From: Verrucomicrobiota bacterium
GTDB lineage: Bacteria; Verrucomicrobiota; Kiritimatiellia; JAKQHR01
DNA length: 64,000 nt
Direction: 5' to 3'
NCBI GenBank assembly: GCA_029557905.1
Contig: JAKQHR010000015.1
Location: forward strand, 1,557-65,556
The notes under the pieces are model-generated. The model was not told the DNA's origin. It made no database searches and was given only the letters and a program-made list of their open reading frames with translations. Shown here piece by piece: positions 8,644 through 18,386 of the stretch. A program made the position numbers and the translations under genes. Position 1 is the first letter of the stretch. Each line of letters begins with the position of its first letter.

Positions 8644-9849
8644 TTATTCCACTGTAATGCCCAGCGCCGCGAGGGTCTCGTACGTCAGCCCGCCTTCGGC
8701 AATGTCACGGTCCTTCTGGAACTGTGCCACCGCCTCCCGGGTCTGGCCCCCGATCACGCCGTCCACGCCGCCCGTGTTGAAGCCTTGCTCAATCAGGGCT
8801 GTCTGAATCTGGCGGATGATGTCCGGAGAAAGGTTGGATTCGCACAGCACGCGCTTCCAGAGCATCCGGCCGGGTTCCACCATTACCTCTTTCGAAACGG
8901 TCTGATACACCGCCGGAATAATTTTGCGCTCCTCGCGCTCCGGTGCGGTCATCTTCTGCACCCTCACCGTTTCGTATTCGGCCGGCACGGTCACATCGCG
9001 CGTTGTTGCGGGTTTGGTCATTACGTGCTTGCGGATGGTCTCATATTCAGCGGGGACCTGGATTTCCCTGACACTGGCCGGCTCCGCCAGCACGCGTTTT
9101 TTAACCTTTTCGTATACCGGGGGGAGTTCCACCAGGCACAGAATCTCGCCGGTGGCGTTGTCCACTGTGGTGATCAGGCCCGTGCCCTTTTTCCACTCGC
9201 GCCGCGCGGGCTTCACCATCACTTCCTCCTCGACCCACTCATAGCGCGCGGGAATCTCCTCGGTGCGCACAGAGGCGGGAGTCACCAGCACTTCCTCTTC
9301 CACCCATTCATATTCTGCCGGCACAACCTCAAGCTCCGTGGAAGCCTCCTTCACAAGCACTTCTTCCTCGACCCATTCGAACTGCGCGGGGATGACCACG
9401 ATTTCTTCGGACTCCGGCTGGAGAAGCACCTGCTCGGTCACGGTTTCATATCGGGGCGGAATGTGAACTCTGGCATAGCATTCACCGGGCCGGGCGTCCG
9501 GGGGAAGCGCCTCGTCTCCGCCGGCCGACGGTTCAGTCACGGCGGGTTCGATCTCCTCGTTGAACACTTCGGGAGGGGGAATCGCGGCCGGGTCCGGGAG
9601 GGTTTCTGTCTCATCGGCGGGTCCAACCGGCTCTTCTTCGGCATAGGCCGGAACAGCCGGTGCCGGACGGACCGCTATCGTGTGCGCCGGAGGGACATCA
9701 TAGACAACCTCGGCCGGGGGCACGTCCCAGTCGGTCTGCTGCCCCGCCTTTATTTTATAGGCATTGGAGGGCTCGAAAAATTCGCATCCCGCCAGCAGCA
9801 TGACGGACAGTGCGGCGGCCGCGCAGAAGACCAGAGACTTGTTTTTCAT
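8644..9849 (-). CDS. Lipoprotein with Val/Glu-rich repeats and C-terminal peptidoglycan-binding domain
   Basis: Lipobox LAGC; repeated PAEYEWVEEEVLV units; C-terminal IQTAL..GFNTGGVDGVIGGQTREAVAQFQ (PG_binding_1). Confidence 0.8.
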   Translation of the reverse strand: MKNKSLVFCAAAALSVMLLAGCEFFEPSNAYKIKAGQQTDWDVPPAEVVYDVPPAHTIAVRPAPAVPAYAEEEPVGPADETETLPDPAAIPPPEVFNEEIEPAVTEPSAGGDEALPPDARPGECYARVHIPPRYETVTEQVLLQPESEEIVVIPAQFEWVEEEVLVKEASTELEVVPAEYEWVEEEVLVTPASVRTEEIPARYEWVEEEVMVKPARREWKKGTGLITTVDNATGEILCLVELPPVYEKVKKRVLAEPASVREIQVPAEYETIRKHVMTKPATTRDVTVPAEYETVRVQKMTAPEREERKIIPAVYQTVSKEVMVEPGRMLWKRVLCESNLSPDIIRQIQTALIEQGFNTGGVDGVIGGQTREAVAQFQKDRDIAEGGLTYETLAALGITVE

Positions 9850-9923
9850 GTTCGGATACTCCTTAACAAAATGTGGCCTAACATTACTATTCCGGGAGCC
9901 CGACGCAATGAAAAACTTGCCGG

Positions 9924-10736
9924 TCAGTCCGGCGGATGGGCCCGCTTCTCAAACCCCATCAGAGCGCCGCCGGTTATGGCCGCGCCGCCGTCCACGGTGA
10001 GAATCTGACCGGTGATCTTCTGTGCATAGGGCCCCAGCAGGAAAGTCACGGCATCCGCCACGGCCTGCTTGTCCTTCAGCGTGTCCCACGGGAGCGGGCT
10101 GACCGTTTCCCAGAGGCTGGTCAGGCTTCCAAAGCCCGGAATTTTGCTGGCCGCCTTGGTGAACAGCGGCCCGGCGGAAACGGCATTCACGCGGATCAGG
10201 TCGCGGCCGTGCCGTCGCGCCAGCGCGCGCACAAGCGCCTCCAGCGCGGCCTTCTGCACCCCCATCCAGTTGTAGTAGGGATACACATGCGCGGTGTCGA
10301 AGCTCAGCGCCACCACCGAACCGCCATCCTTCAAACTGGGCTGCGCATGCCGCAGCACCGTGGCCAGCGAAACGCAGCTGATGTGGTGCGAGAGCAGGAT
10401 GTCGTCAATTTCGCTTGTGTGGAACTCCTCGCCGAGACAGGTGTTGGGATTGGCATAGGCAATGGAATGCACCAGTCCGCGCAGCGGCCCGAGGTCTGCA
10501 AAAAGCTCCTGCACCTCCTCGTCAACCGTCACATCGCAGAACCGCAGATCGAGGGCTTCGATTTCCTGCCGGCTGAGTGCTTCGGCGCGGTCCAGAAAGC
10601 GCTTCTTGAACACTTCATTCTGAACCGTGTAGATCACCCGGCCGCCGAAGCGCTCAATGGTCTTCCCGATGGCAAAGGCCAGCGAATCGGCATCCAGCAG
10701 CCCCATCACCAGATATGTTTTTCCCGCCTCAATCAT
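9924..10736 (-). CDS. fabI: Enoyl-ACP reductase (FabI-like SDR)
   Basis: SLAFAIG, LVHSIAYA, YNWMGVQKAALE (Y-x6-K), RVNAVSAGP and ITGQILTVDGG. Confidence 0.78.
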   Translation of the reverse strand: MIEAGKTYLVMGLLDADSLAFAIGKTIERFGGRVIYTVQNEVFKKRFLDRAEALSRQEIEALDLRFCDVTVDEEVQELFADLGPLRGLVHSIAYANPNTCLGEEFHTSEIDDILLSHHISCVSLATVLRHAQPSLKDGGSVVALSFDTAHVYPYYNWMGVQKAALEALVRALARRHGRDLIRVNAVSAGPLFTKAASKIPGFGSLTSLWETVSPLPWDTLKDKQAVADAVTFLLGPYAQKITGQILTVDGGAAITGGALMGFEKRAHPPD

Positions 10737-10810
10737 GGCATGCTCTCCATTCAAACAGCACACAGCCTACTACACAAATCGCCGTTTGAACAGCCGTCCG
10801 GCCGCAAAAG

Positions 10811-10887
10811 TTCCAACCATTGGAACTTTTCGTCAAAAAACTTCCAATCATTGGAACTTTTTCCGGCAAAACTTCCAGTCATTGGAA
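10811..10887. repeat. Three palindromes TTCCA(A/G)-N3-TTGGAA at 31-bp period
   Basis: TTCCAACCATTGGAA at 10811, TTCCAATCATTGGAA at 10842 and TTCCAGTCATTGGAA at 10873, between divergent genes. Confidence 0.85.
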
Positions 10888-10942
10888 AATGCCGCAAAAA
10901 TGGATTTGCGAAACAGCCGGTCAGCCGTCATGCTTTGCCGAA

Positions 10943-11896
10943 ATGACACCAGCTCCAGCAGAACGGAAATGGACGGAGTGCGGCCCCGGGCCCCGGGCCG
11001 TGCTCTATTTTCTTGCGGCGATCACGGCCGGCCTCCTGATTGCGCCGCCGGTGTTCAATCTGGTCACCTGGCTGGGCCGCGAGTTCCAGTGGCTGGCAGG
11101 CCTGCGGGAAACCGCATTCGAAAAGCTCCTGAACCGGTGTGTGATCCTCTGCGTCATGCTGGCGCTCTATCCCGCGATACGGGTCACCGGCCTGAACAGC
11201 TGGAAGGCGCTGGGACTCTCGCGGGACGATCGCGGGCTGCGTCTCTTCTGGATCGGCTGGATCATCGGAACCGTTTCGATGGTCGGCCTGATGCTGACGG
11301 GGTGGGCTTCGGGCGCGATGTACTATCTTCCGGGCCGCGTGGACTGGTCGCTGGCCGGGAAGGTGGTCAGCTATATGTTCGGCGCCGTTGTGGTGGGGGT
11401 TGTTGAGGAAATCCTGTTTCGCGGCGCCGCGCTGGGCATGCTCCGCCGCGGCCTGCGCCTGCTTCCCGCGGCCCTGCTGCTCAGTTTTGTTTTTGCGTTA
11501 GCGCATTTCGCGACTCCGGAACCGGCCGTCGGCGTGGTGCGCGGCCACTGGGATTCCGGCCTGCGGATGCTCCCGTACCTGATTTCTGTCGAAGACATGC
11601 GCTGGGAATATGCGTTCATGTTCATCACGGTGTTTTTCATGAGCATGACCCTGTGCTTCCTGTACGCCGCGTACGGGAATCTCTATCTGGCCATCGGGCT
11701 TCACGCGGGGTGGGTCTGGCTGATGCGCATCGGCGGGCACCTGCTGGAGCGCGATGACAATGTGATGATGGTGCTGTTCGGCCCCAGCATGTCTGTGGCC
11801 AAGAGCGGCATGGCCATCATTGAAGTGCTGCTGTTTTTCGCGGCGGCTCTGTTTCTTTACGGGCGCAAACGCAGAACCGTTCCGGATCCGGCATGA
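10943..11896 (+). CDS. CPBP family intramembrane metalloprotease (CAAX protease/Abi-like)
   Basis: Multi-TM; EEILFRG, FALAHF and IGLHAGW motifs. Start moved downstream because the ORF-track N-terminus is translated repeat. Confidence 0.85.
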   Translation: MTPAPAERKWTECGPGPRAVLYFLAAITAGLLIAPPVFNLVTWLGREFQWLAGLRETAFEKLLNRCVILCVMLALYPAIRVTGLNSWKALGLSRDDRGLRLFWIGWIIGTVSMVGLMLTGWASGAMYYLPGRVDWSLAGKVVSYMFGAVVVGVVEEILFRGAALGMLRRGLRLLPAALLLSFVFALAHFATPEPAVGVVRGHWDSGLRMLPYLISVEDMRWEYAFMFITVFFMSMTLCFLYAAYGNLYLAIGLHAGWVWLMRIGGHLLERDDNVMMVLFGPSMSVAKSGMAIIEVLLFFAAALFLYGRKRRTVPDPA

Positions 11897-12603
11897 GCCT
11901 GAACCATATCCTGGACATGGTATATCCCCGCGCCTGCATCGGATGCCATGCCCGGGCGCCGGAAAATTCACCCTATCTCTGCTGGGACTGCCAGTCCTCA
12001 ATCATGTTCGTGCAGCCGCCGTTCTGCTCGCAGTGCGGCGATCCGGTTTCGGGCTATATTGACCATGATTACATCTGCTCCTTCTGCGCGGAAACCCGTC
12101 CGGCCTTTGACCGGGCGCGTTCGGTGGCCCGCTATGAGGGCGTGGTCCGGCAGATGCTGCGCGATTTGAAGTATAACGACGCGATCTGGCTGGTCGGGGA
12201 CCTCGCGCGCATGCTGGAGATCTGCGCCCGCGCCCATTACGACCTCGCCGCCGTTGATGTCGTCTGCGCCGTGCCCCTCTACGGAGCCCGGCAGCGCCAG
12301 CGGGGCTATAATCAGTCCCGGGTGCTGGCGGAGGCGCTCGCGGAAAGAATCCACAAGCCTTTCATATCAAAGGGATTCCGGCGCATCCGCCCGACGCCGA
12401 CGCAAACGGATTTGACAGCAGGGGAGCGGCTGGCTAACGTGAAAGATGCTTTTTCGGCCGTCAGCCGCGGCTGGATCGAAGGGAAAAGAATTCTTTTGAT
12501 TGATGATGTCATGACCACCGGAGCCACGGTGCATGAGGCATCCCGGGCACTCAGGAAATGCGGCGCCTCCAGAATTTATGTGCTGACGGCGGCCCGCGGT
12601 TAA
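11893..12603 (+). CDS. comF: ComF family protein (zinc ribbon + PRTase fold)
   Basis: CxxC pairs, RGYNQS and LLIDDVMTTGAT. Confidence 0.88.
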   Translation: MSLNHILDMVYPRACIGCHARAPENSPYLCWDCQSSIMFVQPPFCSQCGDPVSGYIDHDYICSFCAETRPAFDRARSVARYEGVVRQMLRDLKYNDAIWLVGDLARMLEICARAHYDLAAVDVVCAVPLYGARQRQRGYNQSRVLAEALAERIHKPFISKGFRRIRPTPTQTDLTAGERLANVKDAFSAVSRGWIEGKRILLIDDVMTTGATVHEASRALRKCGASRIYVLTAARG

Positions 12604-12615
12604 CGAGGTGATAAG

Positions 12616-13482
12616 ATGTTTCCGTTTTTCAGGAAGAAAAGCTCAACGCTGACGGCAAGAAAAAGAGATGTCCCCGACGGATTGTGGACAAAGTGTCCCT
12701 CGTGTTCGGAACTGGTCTACCGGAAGCAGATGCATCGCGATCACGGCATCTGCGCAAAATGCGGCTTCCATTTCCCAATCGGCGCGGCCGAACGCATCGA
12801 AATGCTGCTCGAAAACAAGTCCTTCGAGGAATGGGATGCCGGCCTGGAATCGGTGGATTCGCTGGAGTTCACCGGAACCTCCTCCTATGTCTCCAAGCTG
12901 GAATCCAACATGAAGAAGACCGGCCGCAAGGATGCGGTGATCTGCGGCAGGGGGCGCATCGGCGAGCACGCCGTGGCGCTTGCCGTCATGGATTTTGATT
13001 TTCTGGCCGCGAGCATGGGGGCCGTGGTGGGCGAAAAGATCACCCGGCTGATTGAACGCGCCACGGCGGAGCGGCTCCCGGTGGTTATCGTCTGCGCCTC
13101 GGGCGGCGCGCGGATGTATGAAGGACTCTTCAGCCTGATGCAGATGGCCAAGACCAGCGGGGCGCTGGCGCGCCATGCCGCCGCCGGCCTGCCCTATATC
13201 CCCGTGCTGACACACCCCACCACCGCCGGCGTCATGGCCAGCTTTGCCACGCTGGGCGATGTGATCGTGGCGGAGCCGGATGCCCTGATCGGCTTCGCCG
13301 GACCCCGGGTCATCAAGGAAACCACGCAGCAGGATCTGCCGGACGGCTTCCAGAAATCCGAATTTCTCCTGAAACACGGGCTGCTGGATATGGTGGTGAA
13401 CCGCAAGGAACTCAAGTCCACGCTTATTCAGCTTCTGGATTATTTCCGGCCGCATCGTCAGGGCGAGGCCAAGGCGTCGTGA
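12616..13482 (+). CDS. accD: Acetyl-CoA carboxylase carboxyltransferase beta subunit
   Basis: GLWTKCPSC zinc finger, SGGARM, PTTAGV and IGFAGPRVI. Confidence 0.96.
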   Translation: MFPFFRKKSSTLTARKRDVPDGLWTKCPSCSELVYRKQMHRDHGICAKCGFHFPIGAAERIEMLLENKSFEEWDAGLESVDSLEFTGTSSYVSKLESNMKKTGRKDAVICGRGRIGEHAVALAVMDFDFLAASMGAVVGEKITRLIERATAERLPVVIVCASGGARMYEGLFSLMQMAKTSGALARHAAAGLPYIPVLTHPTTAGVMASFATLGDVIVAEPDALIGFAGPRVIKETTQQDLPDGFQKSEFLLKHGLLDMVVNRKELKSTLIQLLDYFRPHRQGEAKAS

Positions 13483-14795
13483 GCAGCACGCTGGCGTCGT
13501 CGCTGGAAAAACTTTTCCGCCGCACCGCCTTCGGAATCAGGCCCGGCCTTGAGGTGACGGAAGCCATTCTTTCTGAGCTGGGCGATCCCCATCGAAGAAC
13601 TCCCTGTGTGCATGTCGCCGGCACCAACGGGAAGGGGTCGGTGGCGGCCATGATGGAATCGGTGCTGCGCGCGGCCGGAATCAGGACCGCATTCTACACT
13701 TCGCCCCATCTGGTTGATTTCAATGAGCGGTTCCGCCTTTGCGGGCAGCCGGTGGGCGATGATGAGCTGGCCCGGCTGCTGGAAGACGTGGAGCAGGCCG
13801 CCGATGCGGCGTCGCGGAAGCACGGTCTCCGGCCCGCCACTTTTTTTGAAATCTCCACGGCGCTGGCCTTCGAATATTTTGCGCGGGCGGGAGCGGAACT
13901 GGCGGTCATTGAAACCGGCATGGGGGGGACATGGGATTCCACCAATGTTGTCATCCCGCTGGTTTCGGTCATCACGCGCATCGGCATGGACCATATGGAA
14001 TATCTGGGACACACGCTGGAGGCCATCGCCGCCGAAAAAAGCGGGATCATCAAGCCGGGTGTTCCCGTGGTGTTCGGAGCCATGCCGGAGGAGGCTTCCG
14101 CAGTCCTTCTGCGCCGCGCAAAGGAAGCGGGTGCGTCCGCTCTTGCGGCTGCCGGATATGCGTCGGTGCGCCGCATGAAACAGGGGCTGGACGGCCAGCG
14201 CCTGAAGATTGAAACCCTGCAGACGGCTTATCCGCCCGTCCTGCTGCCCCTGCTTGGCGATCATCAGCTTGAAAATACAGCGACTGCCGTCGCGGCGCTG
14301 GAAACGCTGGCCGGCCGCCTGGAAACAGAACTGGCCGCCGATGCCGTCAAACACGGCCTGGAAAAAACATTCTGGCCTGCCCGGTGCCAGATTCTCAGCC
14401 GCGAACCACCGGTGATGCTGGACGGCGCGCACAACGAAAGCGGCGCCGCGGCTCTTGCGCAGACCCTGAAGGGCCTCAGGGAAAAACGTCCGCTGCGCAT
14501 GATTGTCAGCTTTCTGGCGGACAAGGACATGGACGGCTTCCTGCGGCATTTCGAACGGCAGGCGGAACATGCATGGGCGGTGCAGCTTCACTGCGACCGC
14601 GCACGGCCGGTCGAGGACATCATGGCTGCGCTCCAGCGGCATCACATTCCATGTGAATCGCGGCTCCTGCCGGATGCCCTTGCGGAAGCGCGAACCTGGG
14701 CGGTGGAAAACAGGGGGATGGTCTGCATTGCAGGATCGCTGTATCTGGCGGGTGAAGTCCTGAAGCTTGAGCAGGGCAGATTGAACTTTATATGA
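13479..14795 (+). CDS. folC: Folylpolyglutamate synthase / dihydrofolate synthase
   Basis: HVAGTNGKGS, YTSPHL, ETGMGG.WDSTN and DGAHN; follows accD. Confidence 0.95.
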   Translation: MSSTLASSLEKLFRRTAFGIRPGLEVTEAILSELGDPHRRTPCVHVAGTNGKGSVAAMMESVLRAAGIRTAFYTSPHLVDFNERFRLCGQPVGDDELARLLEDVEQAADAASRKHGLRPATFFEISTALAFEYFARAGAELAVIETGMGGTWDSTNVVIPLVSVITRIGMDHMEYLGHTLEAIAAEKSGIIKPGVPVVFGAMPEEASAVLLRRAKEAGASALAAAGYASVRRMKQGLDGQRLKIETLQTAYPPVLLPLLGDHQLENTATAVAALETLAGRLETELAADAVKHGLEKTFWPARCQILSREPPVMLDGAHNESGAAALAQTLKGLREKRPLRMIVSFLADKDMDGFLRHFERQAEHAWAVQLHCDRARPVEDIMAALQRHHIPCESRLLPDALAEARTWAVENRGMVCIAGSLYLAGEVLKLEQGRLNFI

Positions 14796-14834
14796 AGGCG
14801 GATCTCATTATGATCTGCCGCCGGATGTGAGAAG

Positions 14835-15941
14835 ATGAAGAAACTGAAAATAGCCTTGGCCTGCGGCGGTACCGGAGGGCACATATTCCCCGGCATGGCC
14901 ACCGCCTGTGTCCTGCGCGCGCGCGGTCACGAGGTCACGCTCTGGGTGGCCGGCAAGGATGTCGAGAGCACCGCGCTGGCCGGATGGGACGGACCTGTGC
15001 TCACCGTGAAAGCGCGCGGGTTCCCGCATGGAGTATCACTTAAGGCGCTGGGTTCGGCCTGGCAGCTGCTCTGCGCTGTCCGCAAATGCCGGGCGATGAT
15101 GAAAAAAGACCGTCCTGACGTGGTGCTGGCGATGGGCAGCTATGCTTCGGTGGGTCCCGTGGGCGCGGCGCGCCGCCTCAGGATTCCAGTGGTGCTGCAC
15201 GAGTCCAACGTGCTGCCCGGCCGCACGAATGCGCTGTTCGCGCGCGGTGCGTCCGCCGTCGCCGGATGTTTTGAGGAAACCCGGTTCTATATGAAGCGGA
15301 AGGATATTGTCCTGACCGGCATGCCGCTTCGCAGAGAGCTCGAGGCGGCTTCCGCCGTCCTGCCGTCTCTCCCTCCGGAGGGCGGGCCCCGCACCGTGCT
15401 GATCATGGGCGGCAGCCGCGGAGCGCGCCGCCTGAATGAAGTCGCCTCGCGGGCGGTCTGCGAATTGCACCGCAAAGGCAGTGCCGTGGAAGTGATTCAT
15501 CTGGCCGGCGTGGCCGATGAAAAAGAAGTGCGAAGCATATACGAGGAAGCCGGTGTGCCCCACAAGGTTGAATCCTTCATCCAGAACATGGCGCCGGTCT
15601 ATCAGAAGACTCATCTGGCCATCTGCCGTTCCGGCGCGGCGACCTGTGCGGAACTGTCCGCCTTCGGCATTCCCGCTCTACTGGTCCCGTATCCCTTTGC
15701 CTCCAAGGATCACCAGACAGCCAATGCGCGCGCGGTCGAGAAAAAGAAGGCGGCTGATGTGGTGGATGAAAAGGACATGACCTGCGAGTTTCTGGTGGAC
15801 TATCTCACAAGAATCTTTTCGTCACCGGACCGGCTGGCCGCGATGAGCCAGGCGGCCAGAAAGCGCTACAGCGGCCGGGGCGCGGAGGCGCTGGCGGATC
15901 TTGTGGAACAGACCGCGGCCGGGGGCCGGGAGACGAACTGA
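14835..15941 (+). CDS. murG: Undecaprenyl-PP-MurNAc-pentapeptide GlcNAc transferase
   Basis: GGTGGHIFPG, HESN, GGSRGA, RSGAAT and HQTANA. Confidence 0.95.
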   Translation: MKKLKIALACGGTGGHIFPGMATACVLRARGHEVTLWVAGKDVESTALAGWDGPVLTVKARGFPHGVSLKALGSAWQLLCAVRKCRAMMKKDRPDVVLAMGSYASVGPVGAARRLRIPVVLHESNVLPGRTNALFARGASAVAGCFEETRFYMKRKDIVLTGMPLRRELEAASAVLPSLPPEGGPRTVLIMGGSRGARRLNEVASRAVCELHRKGSAVEVIHLAGVADEKEVRSIYEEAGVPHKVESFIQNMAPVYQKTHLAICRSGAATCAELSAFGIPALLVPYPFASKDHQTANARAVEKKKAADVVDEKDMTCEFLVDYLTRIFSSPDRLAAMSQAARKRYSGRGAEALADLVEQTAAGGRETN

Positions 15942-17341
15942 TGCCGGACCGCGATGTCGCATCTATCCGGCTCTGGCTGCGGTCGGGTCAGGGGCATGCT
16001 CATTTCGCGGGCATCGGAGGCGTAGGCATGGCCGGCCTCGCATTCCTTGTCGGCAAAGCCGGCTTCCGCGTTTCCGGGTGCGATCTTGTGGAATCCCGCA
16101 TCACGGCATGGCTGCGCGCAAACGGCATTCAGGTGCACTCCGGTCACGATGCCGCCCATATTGATCAATCCGTGACTGCGCTGATTCGGACTCCGGCCGT
16201 GAGACCGGATGCGCCCGAGGTGAAGCGCGCGCGGGAAAAGGGGGTGCCTGTCTATCTGCGCGGCGCCGTGCTGGCGGCGTTGATCGAAGATCGGGCCTCC
16301 ATAGCCGTTACCGGCACACATGGGAAAACCACAACATCCACCTTCACGGCTCAGCTGCTTTCTGCCTGCGGACGCGATCCCTCTTTCTGCATCGGCGCGG
16401 AAGTCGCGGGCCCCGGAGTCGTGGCGCATGCGGGCCGGGGAAAACAGATCGTGGTGGAGGCGGATGAAAGCGATGGAACGGTGGCCCTTTACCGGCCCGA
16501 GACGGCACTTTTGACGAACATCGAGTATGATCACATGGAGCATTTCGGGAGCGAAGCGGAAATGGAGGACTGCTTCCGCGCCTTTGCCCGCGCGGCGCGC
16601 CGGCATGTGATCTGGTGCGCGGATGATCCGGGCCTCCGCCGCGTGATGGCCGGAATCGGGAACGGGATCACTTATGGCCTCTCTGACAAAGCAGACTGCC
16701 GTGCCGCCGTTGAGAAAATGACAGCGGATGAAACCACCATCCGGCTCTGGTGGCGGGGGGCCGACCAGGGCCTCTTCACGTGTGCGGCCGCGGGCATGCA
16801 CAACGCGGTCAATGCGGCCGGCGCGGCGGCGGCGGCGCATTTGTACGGCTGCTCATTTGATGAGATCCGGGACGGATTCTGCGAACTGCATCTTGCGCGC
16901 CGGCGGTTTGAACAGGTGTGTGATCTGAAGGGGGTGCGGGTGATTTCAGACTATGCGCATCATCCCACGGAAATCCGGGCGCTCATCGAGGTGGCGCGCA
17001 TGCAGCCGCACAGGCGAATCATTGCCGTGTTCCAGCCTCACCGCTATACGCGCACGCGGGCGCTGGGCCCCCGGTTTGTCCCGGCCTGTGCGGGGGCTGA
17101 CCACCTGATTCTTGCGCCGGTTTATCCGGCTTCGGAAGCGCCGCTTGACGGCGGCCGCATCGAAGACCTGCACCGGCATTTTGAAGAGGCCGGAGCGCGG
17201 AATGTCCAGCTGGCCGGCTCCCTGGAAGATGCATGGGCCCGTGTGCGCACGGTTCTGCAGCCGGGTGACCTGCTGCTGGTGATCGGCGCGGGCGATGTCG
17301 AGATCATCGGCCAATGGGCCGCGGCGCATCTGGCCGGCTGA
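15941..17341 (+). CDS. murC: UDP-N-acetylmuramate--L-alanine ligase
   Basis: GIGGVGM, GTHGKTTT, EADESDG, DYAHHPTE and FQPHRYTRT. Confidence 0.93.
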   Translation: MPDRDVASIRLWLRSGQGHAHFAGIGGVGMAGLAFLVGKAGFRVSGCDLVESRITAWLRANGIQVHSGHDAAHIDQSVTALIRTPAVRPDAPEVKRAREKGVPVYLRGAVLAALIEDRASIAVTGTHGKTTTSTFTAQLLSACGRDPSFCIGAEVAGPGVVAHAGRGKQIVVEADESDGTVALYRPETALLTNIEYDHMEHFGSEAEMEDCFRAFARAARRHVIWCADDPGLRRVMAGIGNGITYGLSDKADCRAAVEKMTADETTIRLWWRGADQGLFTCAAAGMHNAVNAAGAAAAAHLYGCSFDEIRDGFCELHLARRRFEQVCDLKGVRVISDYAHHPTEIRALIEVARMQPHRRIIAVFQPHRYTRTRALGPRFVPACAGADHLILAPVYPASEAPLDGGRIEDLHRHFEEAGARNVQLAGSLEDAWARVRTVLQPGDLLLVIGAGDVEIIGQWAAAHLAG

Positions 17342-17345
17342 AGAA

Positions 17346-17951
17346 TTACTTCAGCGGCTTGTAGGATTCCGCCACATCCAGCAGCACGGGGAGATAACGG
17401 TCATAGAGCGAGTGGGGGATGCTGATCTGGATGTTGTGACCGACATAATTTTCGACAAAGTCCAGCGTCCGAACTTTCGATGCGTGCAGAACAGTCGTGC
17501 GCTGGATAATCTCGCGTCCATTCCAGTTTGTCTGCGCAATATTCATGTTGAGGCCGTAATCCCTCTGAACAGCCTCAATGCGCTTGCGCAGCGTCACCAG
17601 GCTGTTGTATTCCACCCTGGTGGCGGTGATCGAAATGGAGGGGCCGTTGCGGCTTTGAAAAGTCACATTGTACGGGGTGCTGTCCGGCCAGGCCGTGATC
17701 TCCCACCCGTCCGGGGCGTTCATTGTAAACAGTCCATTGACATCCCGGAACACCCTGGGATGGCTCTGGAGAATGATGCTCTGGATTTCAGTTTCCGGGG
17801 GAGGAACCGGATCTGTTTTCTGCTTGTCAATCCAGGAGGACACATCCGCCGCCAGCGCCAGCAGCACGGCCGCTCCGATCAGCAGCAGGATGAGCTTGAT
17901 GAAAATCCCAGCGGGGCTGCTTCCCCGCTCTCTTGAAGACTGGCTTGGCAT
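17346..17951 (-). CDS. Hypothetical single-TM protein (possibly PsbP-like fold)
   Basis: One N-terminal TM helix then a soluble domain with FTMNAPDGW. Start uncertain. Confidence 0.5.
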   Translation of the reverse strand: MPSQSSRERGSSPAGIFIKLILLLIGAAVLLALAADVSSWIDKQKTDPVPPPETEIQSIILQSHPRVFRDVNGLFTMNAPDGWEITAWPDSTPYNVTFQSRNGPSISITATRVEYNSLVTLRKRIEAVQRDYGLNMNIAQTNWNGREIIQRTTVLHASKVRTLDFVENYVGHNIQISIPHSLYDRYLPVLLDVAESYKPLK

Positions 17952-18070
17952 GGCATATCCTTTCCTGCAGGTTGAAGACATACTAGTCATCAAACTGGGA
18001 AATGGCGAATCCTAAACACAAAACAATTGCCGAAAAGGCGGGAGTGTGATTAGCATTCGCGCTGATTGTT

Positions 18071-18147
18071 ACCCCCGTAGCTCAGCAGGACAGAGCAACA
18101 GATTTCTAATCTGTGGGTCGCAGGTTCGAGCCCTGCCGGGGGTGCCA
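18071..18147 (+). tRNA. tRNA-Arg (UCU)
   Basis: Acceptor ACCCCCG/CGGGGGT, D arm, anticodon stem ACAGA/TCTGT with loop TTTCTAA, GGTTCGAG T-loop, encoded CCA. Confidence 0.96.
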
Positions 18148-18240
18148 TGAACCAGAGCCCTCCGCTGCGCTCCGGGCATGGTTCATGGCCAGCCATGAGA
18201 CAAGAAAGCCACTGTTTAAAACCCCAGGCTCTGGTTCATG
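18146..18240. repeat. Inverted repeat / hairpin immediately after tRNA-Arg
   Basis: CATGAACCAGAGCC (18146-18159) and its reverse complement GGCTCTGGTTCATG (18227-18240); an alternative nested pairing uses TGGTTCATGG at 18179-18188. Confidence 0.7.
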
Positions 18241-18386
18241 AGTCCTGCACCGTGTTTTCCCGAACGAAGTGAGGACAAACTCTGGTGCAGGGCCATGATG
18301 CTCCGGTGTCACGAATTGGATTGCACAACAGCATTGCGGGTTGTGCGGCAGAGCGGTACACTCACTTTTTATATTTGGAGCAGAAT

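Noticed and set aside
8785-10008. Long antisense ORFs (also 1-624, 2173-2997, 13458-14645, 25133-26476, 35119-36321, 37415-38671)
   Set aside because: Shadow frames of well-supported genes in GC-rich DNA.
10811-10887. CRISPR array
   Set aside because: Repeats are 15 bp with 16-bp spacers, only three units, and no cas genes.
18071-18300. Prophage or island integrated at tRNA-Arg or tRNA-Ile2
   Set aside because: No integrase and no duplicated tRNA 3' end found in the window.
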